A stretch of 64,000 nt of DNA from Selaginella moellendorffii (GCF_000143415.4 NW_003314282.1:531700-595699), one strand, 5' to 3'; positions 45,101 through 56,878 are shown, counted from the first letter of the stretch. Numbers and translations are program-made. The notes: generated from the letters alone by a model not told the origin.

Positions 45101-47362
45101 TAATGCATGTGGAAACGTTCAATTCGACGAAGAAGCGCGCTGGTGTTGCATTCAAGGTACTTTCGATGATCATTTCTACACGGTCTGACGTTTATATGTT
45201 CTTGGTTTACAGCGTAAAGATGGAAATGCCTATGTTCACTGGAAAGGAGCCGCTGAAATTATATTGGACCTTTGCACCAAGTGGATGGGTAGTGACGGGT
45301 CGGAGAACCAATTGTCAGAAACAAAGGTCCGTGTTCTGAATTTTTATTGTTTGTGCCTTTGATGGGGAGCCTTCCTATGCAGAAAGTGGAGATACAAAAT
45401 GCAATCGGAGACATGGCTTCGAGGAGCTTGCGTTGTGTTGCTCTTGCTTATCGACCCATCTCTGCCAACCAAATACCAGATGAATCCGAGTGGGAGAGCT
45501 GGAAAATTCCTGAAGACGATCTTGTTCTACTTGGTATCATGGGTATAAAAGATCCATGTAGGCCTGGTGTTGATGGTGCTGTGCGCCTGTGTCAGAAGGC
45601 TGGAGTAAAGGTACAAATCTTTGATTTGTGGAAACTTTGAACGAGTTTGTTTGGCAGGTTCGCATGGTTACTGGTGACAACCCGCTGACTGCAAGAGCAA
45701 TTGCTCAAGAGTGCGGTATATTGTCTCCTGGTGGTCTGGTAGTCGAAGGGAAAGACTTCCGCAGTTATACTGATGAGGAGAGGCTGGAACTTGTACCTAA
45801 GCTTGAAGTACGTCTCCATGTTTCCCTGCAATCTCGGTAGATTTACTCTCTTGTTTCTTTCAGGTAATGGCGAGGTCGTCACCAATGGATAAGCTGCTAC
45901 TTGTGAAAACCCTTCGCAGCATGAACGACGTTGTTGCAGTCACAGGAGACGGGACAAATGACGCTCCAGCGTTGCACGAGGTGGGTTTGGCGGTAATCAT
46001 CGTAGACGCATTTTCTGATGATAAACTGTTATCAGGCTGATATCGGTCTTTCAATGGGCATCCAAGGGACCGAGGTGGCCAAAGAAAGCTCAGACATTAT
46101 AATTCTGGATGACAACTTTGCATCTGTTGTCAAGGTAAGATAACAGCTTTTGGTGCGAGTCTGAAGGATCGAAATTCTTGCAGGTTGTACGCTGGGGTCG
46201 GTCCGTGTATGCCAATATTCAGAAGTTTATCCAGTTCCAGCTGACTGTAAATGTAGTTGCGCTGGTTCTCAACGTCGTGGCCGCAGCAAAGTCGAGCCAG
46301 GTTCCTCTTACTGCTGTGCAGGTGAGTCGGTATCTCTCGTTTCATCTGTTCAGTTTATAAGTCGTTTTCTACAGCTGCTTTGGGTAAATCTTATTATGGA
46401 TACTTTGGGAGCGCTCGCTTTAGCCACTGAGCCACCTACAGACGACTTAATGGATAGGCCGCCCGTGGGACGCAGGTTAGACACGGGTGTCTTCTACTCG
46501 AGTTCTTAATGCGTGCATTTGTTTTGTTTCAGGGAGCCCCTTGTCACGAATATAATGTGGAGAAATATTTTCGTACAGGTATTCCGTCCTCTTTTGCTCT
46601 GGTACAGCTTTAATTTGCTCAACTCTCATGTAAATGACAGGCGATTTACCAATTATCTGTTCTTTTCACGTTGTTTTTCGGCGGTTTGAAAATCTTAAAA
46701 CTCCATGGACCAGACGGCAACCGCAAACTAAATACCATCATCTTCAACTCGTTTGTTTTATGCCAAGTAAGTATCTCGTTTTTGCTATGGTCATTCATGT
46801 CGTTATCCTTTCTTTGCAGCTTTTCAACGAGGTCAATTCGCGCAAGCCAGACAAGCTCAATGTTTTCTCTGGCTTTTTCAGAAACCCGTTGTTCTGTGGG
46901 GTTGTGTCCGTGACTGCTGTGCTCCAGGTGTGTTGACAAGACTATTCCTTGCAGAAAACTCTCATCTCTTTTGTGCTGGCAGGTTATTATAGTCTTCTTC
47001 CTGGGAAAGTTTTTTAAGACAACGCGCTTGGGCTGGAACCATTGGGTGCTCTCGATCGTCGTCGGCTTTCTGAGGTACAGCTCCACTGGTCGCATTCGAT
47101 TTGTTTAACTCGTCTTAATCTGCTGCTGCTGCTTTCAGTCTTGTGGTTGGATTTTTCGGGAAGCTCATTCCAGTACCGAAGAAGCCGATCATCACAACAC
47201 ACAAGGTTAAGAAGAAGCGAGCGCGGTCCAGTAAAGGTAGAAAACGTTTTGTGGAATCTCCCAAGTTTTTTAGCTTCGTTTTCTTCACCAGGATCGAAGA
47301 AGCCCCACGATCAAGAGGATGGACACGAGCTAGTCGAGAGAAATGCTTCCAACGAAGTATGA
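42197..47362 (+). CDS. ACA: Autoinhibited P2B Ca2+-ATPase (ACA8/9/10-like), about 30 introns
   Basis: CaM-binding RWR|[78 protein letters not shown]. Confidence 0.97.
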
Positions 47363-47616
47363 CACGATCCATTCCACTGCTTTTTATCTCTTTCGTTCTT
47401 AAATTTTGTTGTTCCACTAAAGGGTAAGCTGTGAAGAAAACATATTCTAGTTTAAGCACGAGTATCTTCTTATCCTGTTTGTTGTGGTTTCCTAGTGTCC
47501 ACGTGGCACGCGATCCAACGGCCACCCTGCCACGAGCATATACTCCTAGAAAGAACTTGGCATCTAAAGGAAGGCACGGCGCTTTGATTGCCCGCTGGAA
47601 GACGGACGATCGATCC

Positions 47617-48148
47617 ATGGCACCGGATTGCAGCGACACCAGCGACGACGAGGAGGAATCCACAACGAGCATTAGCAGCAGCCAGAGATCGGGTCTAGGA
47701 GGATTAGATTCGTCGCTAGGATCAGCAGTAGCGCCGGGGGATGACGAAGTCCCGCGGATCCTCGCGTTGCTCGCGTCTGTTCTAGAGCGGCTGATAGCTA
47801 GGAACGAGCAGTACATGAGAGGCAGTAGCAATCGCGGCTCCAGCAGCGGGAAGTACCTCGGCATCGCCACGGCGAGGGGCGCCAAGAGTGTTTTTTCTGC
47901 CAGGAGTTGTTCGTCGCCGGGGAGGATCTTTAGCGGGCTCAAGGCGCCCAGCATTAGCATCGAGAAGTATCTGGAAAGGATCTTCAAATACACGAATTGC
48001 TCCCCGGCGTGCTTCGTTGTAGGTTATGTGTACATTGATCGCCTCTCTCACAAGCACCCGGATCTGCCCATAACGCCTTTGAATGTTCACAGGTTGCTCG
48101 TTACCAGCGTCATGACCGCCTCCAAGATCCTCGATGACGTGTAAGAAA

Positions 48149-48191
<43 letters not shown>

Positions 48192-48956
48192 TCTCAATCC
48201 CTTCCTATTCTTCTTGAAATTTCCCAAATATCGATCGATTCGATTCCATTCCTGCTCAATCTTTTGTCACTTCGTTTGATGGTCGAATCGATTCCACTCC
48301 TGCTCAATGTTTTGTCACTTCGTTTGATGATCGAATTGATTCCACTCCTGCTCAATGTTTTGTCACTTCGTTTGATGATCGAATCGATTCCATTCCTACT
48401 CAATGTTTTGTCACTTCACTTGATGTTTCAAAGTTTCATCCTCCTCGAGCCGAGGGACGAAATATTGAGAAGGAATGGAATCGATCCAGATCTAGATCCG
48501 GGTGAGAAACACCGACAATTTCTTCTCTTTGTGATTTTTCCATGTTCTTTCTTTGAAATCTCTTCACATTTCCGATATTTCATCCCTTCTTCTCTCTCGA
48601 TCGATCTCTCTAGTTCTTTCTTGACATCCTTCTCTCTCTGTGTGTGACGATTTGATCGATCTTTCTCTCCTCACAGGCACTTCAACAACGCATTCTTCGC
48701 GCGCGTCGGGGGGATCAGCACCAGCGAGGTGAACAAGCTGGAGCTGGAATTCCTCTTCCGGCTGGATTTCCGGCTGACCGTCACGGTCCAGGAATTCGAG
48801 AGCTACTGCAGCTATCTCGATCGCGAGGCGCGCCTCCCCAGCGCCAGGCCCGATCATCATCACCATCATCACCGATCAGGCTTCCCGGCGTTCGAATCGC
48901 CGCGATCCAATCCCAAGCCGCCGCTAGTCTTCTCCTTGTTCCAATGGAAGCCCTAG
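47617..48956 (+). CDS. CYCU: Cyclin U (P-type, PHO80-like)
   Basis: Exons 47617-48140 and 48677-48956; APSISIEKYLERIFKYTNCSPACFVVGYVYIDR..NVHRLLVTS..DDV|HFNNAFFARVGG..NKLELEFLF. Confidence 0.95.
48152..48187 (+). repeat. (TC)n microsatellite in cyclin U intron
   Basis: About 18 TC units. Confidence 0.95.
48240..48486 (+). repeat. 48-bp minisatellite x4 plus inverted partial copy
   Basis: Units start at 48240, 48288, 48336 and 48384; 48461-48486 is the reverse complement of the unit start. Confidence 0.92.
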
Positions 48957-49083
48957 AAAACAGAGCAAGTAAAATTTGTTATCTTTTGAAATGCAATGCC
49001 ATGGATTGGATTGGATATTTAGGGTTCTAGGCGACGCCGGCCTTGGCGAGGTATGTAATGCGGCTCTCTGATCGATAGCAGCT

Positions 49084-51175
49084 ATGAATCTCCTACGCAA
49101 GGAGAGATCGCAGCGCTCTCTGCTGCGAAATTCCGTGCCGGCCGCCCGGCCGCAGGGATTCGAGTCGCTGGGAGCGTCTCTCTCGCTCGGCAACACCGCA
49201 AATTTCACTTTCCTGGCCAGCAGCGGCGTCGGCAAGGATGAATCCAGCTCCAGGCCGGGTGTTCGGTGTGGCGGCAGGGAGGAATCGCTCGAAATAAGCT
49301 CCAGATCGAGCGTCCGGGTCAGTGGCACGAAGAAATCCGTCGATGGCAGTGACATTGGAAGATTTGTGGCGGTTCTTAGCGTTAGCAAATGGACGGGTGG
49401 CATCAACAAGGAGCTCCAGCACAGAGTTTTGGAGAAGTTTAATGGCTTGATACGTCGGCATTGTGACAGGTTGCCACTGGCTTGCGTCGTCCAGCCGGGG
49501 ACAGGGAATTGGGATTGCGGTGGTACCAACGTCAAAGACAATGCCTGTAGTGGAATGGTCGCTCCAGACCCGCACAAGAGAGTTCTCATCCTTATGAGCG
49601 ACACAGGCGGTGGTCATCGTGCTTCTGCCGAAGCCATCAAAGCTACGTTTGAGCTCGAGTACGGGGACGAATATATTGTAAGTGGATGCTTGCTTGATTG
49701 CTTGCTTGCTTGCTTGCTGGTGATCCTACTCACTCTCTTCTTCTTTCTGCAGGTAAACATCGTGGACTTGTGGAAAGATCACACGCCTTGGCCGTTTAAT
49801 CAGGTTCCCAGGACTTACAACTTCCTGGTAAAGCACGAGACGCTCTGGAAGTTTACGTTTCATGGGACCCGGCCGCGGCTTATCCATCAGACGAACTTCG
49901 CTGCAACTGGAATATTTATTGCTCGGTAGTATGTCTTTAGTTTTCATGGGACCTGACGCTTTAGTTCGTGGCAGGGAGGTGGCAAAAGGGATTTTAAAAC
50001 ATAAGCCGGATGTTATTGTCAGCGTGCACCCGCTTATGCAGCACATTCCTCTCCGGATCTTGAAGACGAGAGGTTTACTCGACAGGATTCCGTTCACCAC
50101 GGTCATCACAGACCTGAATACCTGTCATCCTACATGGTACGTTGCCTTGCTCCATAAGAAATAACTGTCGGGTCTCCAATATAGCTCCTTTCAGGTTTCA
50201 CAAGCTGACCACTGTGTGCTTCTGTCCTTCGAAAGAAGTTGCACAGAGAGCGCTTAAGGCTGGCTTGAAACAATCTCAGATAAGAGTGCATGGCTTACCC
50301 GTTCGGCCTTCATTTAGCAGGCCTACCCGTTCGAAGGTAAGTCTTGCTGTTCGTTCCGGTTCCTTTGCACTTAATTCGAGGAATTCGCAGGATGAGCTCC
50401 GGAGAGAACTAGGAATGGAAGAAGATCTCTCCGCCGTACTGCTGATGGGGGGTGGCGAAGGGATGGGTCCCGTTGAAGAGACCGCTCGAGCACTTGGTGA
50501 CGCTTTGAAATGTCCGCATTCAGGCAAGCCCTTGGGCCAGCTGATTGTGATCTGCGGGCGAAACAAACGGCTCGCGAACAGGCTCAAGGCTGTGGAATGG
50601 TCTATACCTGTTCAGGTGAGCGTGTCTCATTCATTTGTCGTTTCAAACGTCATTTGGTGGTCGCAGATAAGAGGATTCGAAACGAACATGCAAGAGTGGA
50701 TGGGAGCTTGTGATTGCATCATCACGAAAGTATGTATCTTGTGTGCTGTTCGTATCCGCCAGTTCTTGATTCTTGACACGCATGTCTGTATCAATAGGCC
50801 GGCCCAGGGACAATTGCAGAAGCTATGATTCGAGGTCTGCCTGTGATAATCAACGATTACATCGCGGGCCAGGTAAGTGTCGAGTTCTTAAAAACTGTTA
50901 GTGAACTCTCTTCTAAGAGGAGCTTTTCTCTGCAGGAAGTTGGCAACGTTCCATACGTGGTGGACAACGGCGTTGGCAAGTACTGCGAGAATCCAAACGA
51001 GATTGCGCTGACTGTGGCCGAGTGGTTCACAACCAAGAGAAAAGAGCTGGCTCAAATGGCCGAGAACGCATGGAAGCTTGCTCGTCCTGATGCCGTGTTC
51101 AGAATTGTGCATGATCTTGCCGATCTTGCTCATCAGAAGGGCCTTTTGACACAGCCTCAGGCGCTGGCTTTCTAG
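49084..51175 (+). CDS. MGD1: Monogalactosyldiacylglycerol synthase, type A-like with long N-terminal extension
   Basis: [49 protein letters not shown]|[11 protein letters not shown]|EVGNVPYVV. Confidence 0.96.
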
Positions 51176-51387
51176 CGAGACTGAGATTGAGCTGTGGGAA
51201 ATTTTCGAAAATCGAATTCAGGCGTCGAGGTATCCTACTTTTTGCATCGGGTTTTTGTCTTTGCTCTCATTTGGATTGCAGCAGATCAGAGGTTTTTGTT
51301 CTTCAACGCGAGGTGGGCTTTTAGTTGTCCCCTCGTGGGTTTCTAACTAAGCATAAGGTGCAAACTTTCGCGAGCGATGTGGCTCCA

Positions 51388-53742
51388 ATGTCATGGCGAA
51401 GCCGCTGTTTCTTTCGAGGCTTCTGTACGTTACACCTGGGAGTTGAGGGAGATGCGACGCTATCCGCAGGTACTCTAAAGCAAATCCTCTCTAGTCTAGA
51501 AACTGAGAAAGTTGGCACCGGTGTTCTCTCCAGTCTCTTGTGGGCTTGCATCAACTCGAGAGCACTGGCCCAAGGCAAACGCGTCCACCAGCTAGCCCAA
51601 CAAAAAGGTGGCGAGACGGAGAAGGCTCTAAGCATCCAGCTCGTCCAGATGTATCTCAAGTGTGGGAGCTTGGCCGACGCCAGAGAGGTGATCGATCGAG
51701 TAAGGATCGGGGATGTGGTGACTTGGACGAGATTGCTCGCAGCATATGCCCGGAACGGGGATTGCGAGCGAGCAATCCAGGCTTACCAGGAAATGCTCCA
51801 GGCCGGGGTGACGCCCAACAAGATCACCATCGTGACGCTGCTCAACGCTTGCGTGGAGCATTCGTGCCTCCCCAACACTGCCCAGATTCGCTCCAACGTT
51901 TTCGAGATGGGCTTTCTCTCCGACGCCGTCGTCGCCACCGTGCTCGTCAGCATGCACAGCCGGTTTGGGAGAATGGAGGACGCTTGCGACGCGTTCCGGG
52001 AGATCCAGAGGCACGACGTGGTCTCGTGGAACGCCATGCTCTGGGTGTACGCCGAGAATGACTTCAGGGAAGAGGCGATGCTTCTCTTCCGGGAAATGCA
52101 GCTAGAGGGAAGTTTGCCGAGCAAAGTTTCGTTCCTGGCGGTTTTCAACGCGGTTGCTGCTGCCGAGGACTCTCTAGAGGCCAGGGCGATGCATGGCTTG
52201 TTCTTGAGGAGTGGCATCGAGCAAGACTTGGCACTGGGAAACGCCATCGTCGACATGTATGGCAAGTGTGGCTGTCTCGACGGAGCGCTGGATGTTTTCC
52301 GCTCCATGCCGGAGCGGGACATCATCTCATGGACTGCCATGATCGCTGCTTTCGTCCAGTGCGGTGCCATGCTCGGGGCACTGGATTCTTTCAGGTTGAT
52401 GCAACTCCAAGGAATTCGTCCAAACAAGGTGACTTTCCTCACGGTTTTGAACTCGGGGGAGATCCAGGTTCCACTCGGGGAAGCCGGGAGGATCTATGGC
52501 TACGTTCTTGAGTCAGGTCTGGATTTGGATACTGTTCTGGCCACCGCACTAATAACGATGTTTGGTAACTGCAGGGACGCTACAAACGCAAAACTGGTGT
52601 TTGATAGAGTCGAGAGACGAGATGTGGTCCTATGGACTGTTATCGTTGCAGCGTACGCTCAATGTGGCGACTTTGCAAAAGCCATGGAGCTCTTCTACGC
52701 AATGCAGCTGGAAGGATTTCGTCCCAACAAGGCCAGCTTGATCATCGTTGTGGACTCGCTGGGGAGCTTGAGAGCTCTCCAGGAAGGGAGACGGATCCAC
52801 GAGAGAATCATGGAAGAGGAGCTGGACAGGGACTACGTGATCCTCGGAAACGCGCTCATCAACATGTACCTGAGGTGTGGAGACGTCGCCAGCGCCTGGG
52901 AGTGCTTCCGGAGGATGCCAGCTCGCGACGAATCGTCATGGAACGTCATGCTCGCGGCTTGCAGTGATGATCTTCGGCTGGTCGTGACGATGGTTGGCGA
53001 GATGCAGCAGCAGGGACTGTCCCCGGGCAAGATCACGCTGCTGGCGCTCATCAACTCGTGTGTCACGGCAGCCTCGACGCTCCCGGAGGCCCGGAGAGTT
53101 CATGCCCGCGTGGTGGAGGCCGGGCTGGAGCGTGAGAAATCCATCGCAAACGCGCTGGTGGACATGTACAGCAAGTGTGGCAACTTGGAGGCCGCGAGCA
53201 GCGTCTTCTTCTCGAGCCGGCTGTTTGAGCTCGACGACGCCGTCGCGTGGAACGCTCTGGTGCTGGGACACACGCAGCACGGCAGCTGGAACGAGGCTCT
53301 GGGATTGTTCTGGGCGATGCAGCAGCAAGGAGTGAGTCCCACGGAGGTGAGCTTGGTGGGAGTGCTAGCGTCTCTCAGCCACGCCGGGATGATCCAGGAA
53401 GGGTGCCGGGTGTTTGGATCGATGGAGGTGGACTATGGGATTGGTGCCGCGGCGGAGCATAGGGGATGCGTGGTGGATCTCTTGAGCAAGGTTGGATGGC
53501 TGGAGGAGGCCGAGGAGTTTATGAGAAGTGGATGTGGATCCCGGGAGGATTGCGTGGGATGGCTGACGCTGCTGGGGGCTTGTAACTTGCACGGGGACGT
53601 GGAGAGAGGATTGCGAGCAGCGTTTCGGCTTTTGGAGCTGGATAGTATCAACAGTGCTGCTCATGTCATCCTCTCCAACTTGTTTGCTCCTACTCAAGAA
53701 GAAGGGGCTGACAATATCTTTGTATTTAAGGGGAAGAGTTGA
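51388..53742 (+). CDS. PLS-class PPR protein with E1/E2, no DYW
   Basis: Intronless; first ATG 51388 (MSWRSRCFFRGF, transit-like); ends ELDSINSAAHVILSNLFA plus a short tail. Confidence 0.92.
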   Translation: MSWRSRCFFRGFCTLHLGVEGDATLSAGTLKQILSSLETEKVGTGVLSSLLWACINSRALAQGKRVHQLAQQKGGETEKALSIQLVQMYLKCGSLADAREVIDRVRIGDVVTWTRLLAAYARNGDCERAIQAYQEMLQAGVTPNKITIVTLLNACVEHSCLPNTAQIRSNVFEMGFLSDAVVATVLVSMHSRFGRMEDACDAFREIQRHDVVSWNAMLWVYAENDFREEAMLLFREMQLEGSLPSKVSFLAVFNAVAAAEDSLEARAMHGLFLRSGIEQDLALGNAIVDMYGKCGCLDGALDVFRSMPERDIISWTAMIAAFVQCGAMLGALDSFRLMQLQGIRPNKVTFLTVLNSGEIQVPLGEAGRIYGYVLESGLDLDTVLATALITMFGNCRDATNAKLVFDRVERRDVVLWTVIVAAYAQCGDFAKAMELFYAMQLEGFRPNKASLIIVVDSLGSLRALQEGRRIHERIMEEELDRDYVILGNALINMYLRCGDVASAWECFRRMPARDESSWNVMLAACSDDLRLVVTMVGEMQQQGLSPGKITLLALINSCVTAASTLPEARRVHARVVEAGLEREKSIANALVDMYSKCGNLEAASSVFFSSRLFELDDAVAWNALVLGHTQHGSWNEALGLFWAMQQQGVSPTEVSLVGVLASLSHAGMIQEGCRVFGSMEVDYGIGAAAEHRGCVVDLLSKVGWLEEAEEFMRSGCGSREDCVGWLTLLGACNLHGDVERGLRAAFRLLELDSINSAAHVILSNLFAPTQEEGADNIFVFKGKS

Positions 53743-53759
53743 TACATACTACCAGAAAT

Positions 53760-55207
53760 CTATCGAGATATCTGGGGTCCATTACAGTACTTTCCATCGA
53801 GCGTTTTGGCAGCTGCAAACACCAAACCATGAGTCAAATATGTGAAAGAAACATCATATGACAGTATTGAAATGTTTGTTTACCTGCATTTGCAAGAGTG
53901 GCGCTAGAATCATCCCCAAGGGCCGTCCAGAACCCATATCCTCGTATTCCTTTGTTTTTCAAGTAGTTCACCTTCCTCGTCACTGACCACGCATCGTCGT
54001 AGCCAATCCAGGTAGTCCCACTGTACGCATAAGTGGAAACCGTGGTATCATTGTGAACCACGGTAGCACCACTGGACGCCAAGAAGCTCACAATCTGGGC
54101 AAACGTTGGGTTCTCCGGTAGTACGCTTGAGACTCCATTCGAAGGCGCTCCAATCCCATGGTTTGCTGCGTTGACCAGCTGCCAATTGTAACCATAGGCG
54201 GGAATTCCGTACACCACCTTTGACTTGGTCAGCGACTGCAGCCACTGGGTGATGCCATAGTCGCCGTTGACCGTGGGGTTTGACGGGTCGTACAGTGGCG
54301 CGGGCACGTTGGTGGTGGTCTCGAATGACGGCCCGTGGAAATCGTAGGCCATGACGAGGATCCAGTCCAGGTTTGCTTGGATGGACGCCACTGGGTACGT
54401 TGCGCCTCCCATCCAGGCCGGCTGTGGATTCGCGTAGAATGTAGCTGCGGCGAGGAGCATACCCGAAGGAGCTTTGGCGCGCCACTCTTGGAAGAGAACC
54501 CCAAGATTGGTCATCTGCGAGGCGTTGTTTGGATGCTCCCAGTCCAGATCAAGGCCATCGAAGCCATACGTCTTGGCGAGCGTAATCGTGCTGTTGATGA
54601 ACGTGGCCCGCGAAGATGGCGAGCTCACCATGGCAGCAAACGCTTCCTTGTCACTGCTGCCACCCCCGATCGACAAGAGGGTCTTGACGTTTGGATTCTT
54701 GAGCTTGACGGTGGAGGCAAAGGACGAGATCTTGGAGTTGCCGGGATCCAAGGAAGCCGACGGAGCCACCGTGAAGGTCGTGGGGTTTAGATCCACGAAT
54801 GCGTAGAGCAAGTGCGTGTAGAGGCACGAGTTGATTTGGGATGCCGGGGAGGAGTCAACGTACCAGTAGCCAAGTTTGACCGGAGTGATCGGTGTGGAAG
54901 TGCAAGCTCCGCTCTGGCAACCCTGGCCGCAGTATGAAGATCCAGTGCCGCAGAAGCCATATTGGCTGCAGCAAGAGGAAGAGGGAGAACAAGGCGCAAA
55001 GTTTGCCTGGATGCCACAGATCTCTTGATTGCACTGGCTCTGGCAGCCAGATCCACAATAGGCTGTCGTTGTGCCGCAGTAGCCATACTGGCTGCAGCAC
55101 CGGCCTGGTGGACAAGATGCAAATGATGCTTGGGCACCACAATCCTGAGCTACTGTGAATTTTCCTGCTGACAATGTTAGAAGCAACACTAGAATGACTG
55201 TTGCCAT
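53760..55207 (-). CDS. Secreted GH18 class V-like chitinase with two N-terminal hevein (CBM18) domains
   Basis: Signal peptide; two CCSQYG(Y/F)CG 8-Cys domains; THLLYAF, LLSIGGG, intact [20 protein letters not shown]. Probable intron 53883-53813 and last exon ending at 53760. Confidence 0.93.
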
Positions 55208-55567
55208 GTTTTCATTTTCTCTTTGCCCTTGGTGATCTTAAATACTATATTTATCAAATAGACTTTTCTACTCAATCTAGTGGGCGATGCATGTGTAAGG
55301 GAAGCAACAGCTTTGAAAAACTCCTCCAGGATTTATTGGTGAGCGACTGCCAGCAAATCCGACACAATCTGCTTTTAATCCAGAAGACATAACGAAGATA
55401 ATCACCATCATCAACACGGAAGCGTGTCTTCAGTTCTTCAAGACTCACAACTGGTTTTGGGTGTTGTTTTTTTCTCCATAGAGATAGTGATTGGAGAGTT
55501 AGCTTGGATTTGGTGTTGACAAATTATCAAGGAGTCTAATGGATTACTTTACTGCTTCCTTTATCCC

Positions 55568-56878
55568 ATGAGAACTTTGGTAGACAATACAGCTAACATG
55601 CTAGACGTCACAAAAAATGAGAATCGCCAAAGCTTAAGAGAGACTAAAAGGCTGTTTGATATCTTACCAAGAAAGAACTTGGTGTTGTGGACTGCTCTCA
55701 TATCCGCATATGCCCAATCAGGGCATCTCCAGCAAGCCAGAGCTCTGTTTGAGAAAATCCCACAGACAAATCTTGTGACTTGGACAGCCATGGTATATGC
55801 CTATGCTCAGGGAGGGCATCTCGATAGCGCAAGGGAAACCTTCGATCAAATGCCTGAGAGGAATGTTATTTCGTGGACTGTTATGCTTGAAGCTTACTCC
55901 AGCCACGGCCATCTCTTGGACTGCCAAGAGCTCTTCCAGGAAATGCCACAGCGCAACTTGGTTTCCTGGAATGCAATGCTAAATGCGTTTGTCAAATGTG
56001 GGGATAGCCTTGAAGATGCGGTTTTCTGTTTCAATAAAATGCCACAACACTCCTTGGTCTCATTTACAACTATGCTCGCTGCGTATACCCAATTCGGGTA
56101 TTTTCAAAGAGCCAGAGAAACGTTTAACAGCATGCCTGTATGGGATCTAGCTGCTTATAACGCATATCTAGTGACATTTCAAAAACAAGGAAATTTAGAA
56201 ATGGTCAGCACTGTGTACCAAAACATGATGGAAAAAGACGTAGCTTCTGTAAATATTCTTCTTACAGCATATGCCCAGGAAGGGCTCATTAAAGAAGCAA
56301 TAAGCATTTTTAGAAAGGCCTTAACCAAGGACTTAGTCTCGTGGACAACAATCTTGGCCATCTATGGAACAGCTAGCTACGTTGACAAAGCAAGAGTTGT
56401 GTTTGACCAAATACCTCAGAAAAATATAGTGACCTGGAATGCAATGCTGGCATCATATGCCCAATATGGGCATTCCACACAAGCAATTTTCCTTTTGGAT
56501 ACACTCAAGCTCTACTTGTCTCCCAACGAGGCTTGTTTTACCTCTGGACTTCTGGCATGGAAGCACACTGGAAAGATTGGGGCAGCAATGCTATGTTTCC
56601 ATTCCATGCAACACGACTTTGGCTTGGTACCGACAAAGCAGCATTACTGTTGCGTGGTTGATCTCTTGGCGAGGGGAGGATTTGTGGAAGATGCATGGGA
56701 TGTTGTGTTAAATATGCCATTCGAGCCCAGTGGTTTGGAGTGGTCATGCTTGGTAGGATTGCCAGATCCCAAGTTTGCCTTCGTCACAGAGTATGCAAAT
56801 AAGGCTGTGGAGCTAGAGCCAAAATGTGGAGCTGCATATGCCATGCTTGCTAGAACTTTTGCATTGGCGGCCCCTTGA
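55568..56878 (+). CDS. PLS-class PPR protein (SS-rich) with E1/E2, no DYW
   Basis: Intronless 436 aa; ends ELEPKCGAAYAMLARTFA. Confidence 0.9.
   Translation: MRTLVDNTANMLDVTKNENRQSLRETKRLFDILPRKNLVLWTALISAYAQSGHLQQARALFEKIPQTNLVTWTAMVYAYAQGGHLDSARETFDQMPERNVISWTVMLEAYSSHGHLLDCQELFQEMPQRNLVSWNAMLNAFVKCGDSLEDAVFCFNKMPQHSLVSFTTMLAAYTQFGYFQRARETFNSMPVWDLAAYNAYLVTFQKQGNLEMVSTVYQNMMEKDVASVNILLTAYAQEGLIKEAISIFRKALTKDLVSWTTILAIYGTASYVDKARVVFDQIPQKNIVTWNAMLASYAQYGHSTQAIFLLDTLKLYLSPNEACFTSGLLAWKHTGKIGAAMLCFHSMQHDFGLVPTKQHYCCVVDLLARGGFVEDAWDVVLNMPFEPSGLEWSCLVGLPDPKFAFVTEYANKAVELEPKCGAAYAMLARTFALAAP

Noticed and set aside
48240-48425. 48-bp periodic array as CRISPR or as coding ORFs 48194-48403 and 48264-48647
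   Set aside because: No unique spacers; it lies inside the cyclin intron and the ORFs are by-products of a unit length divisible by 3.
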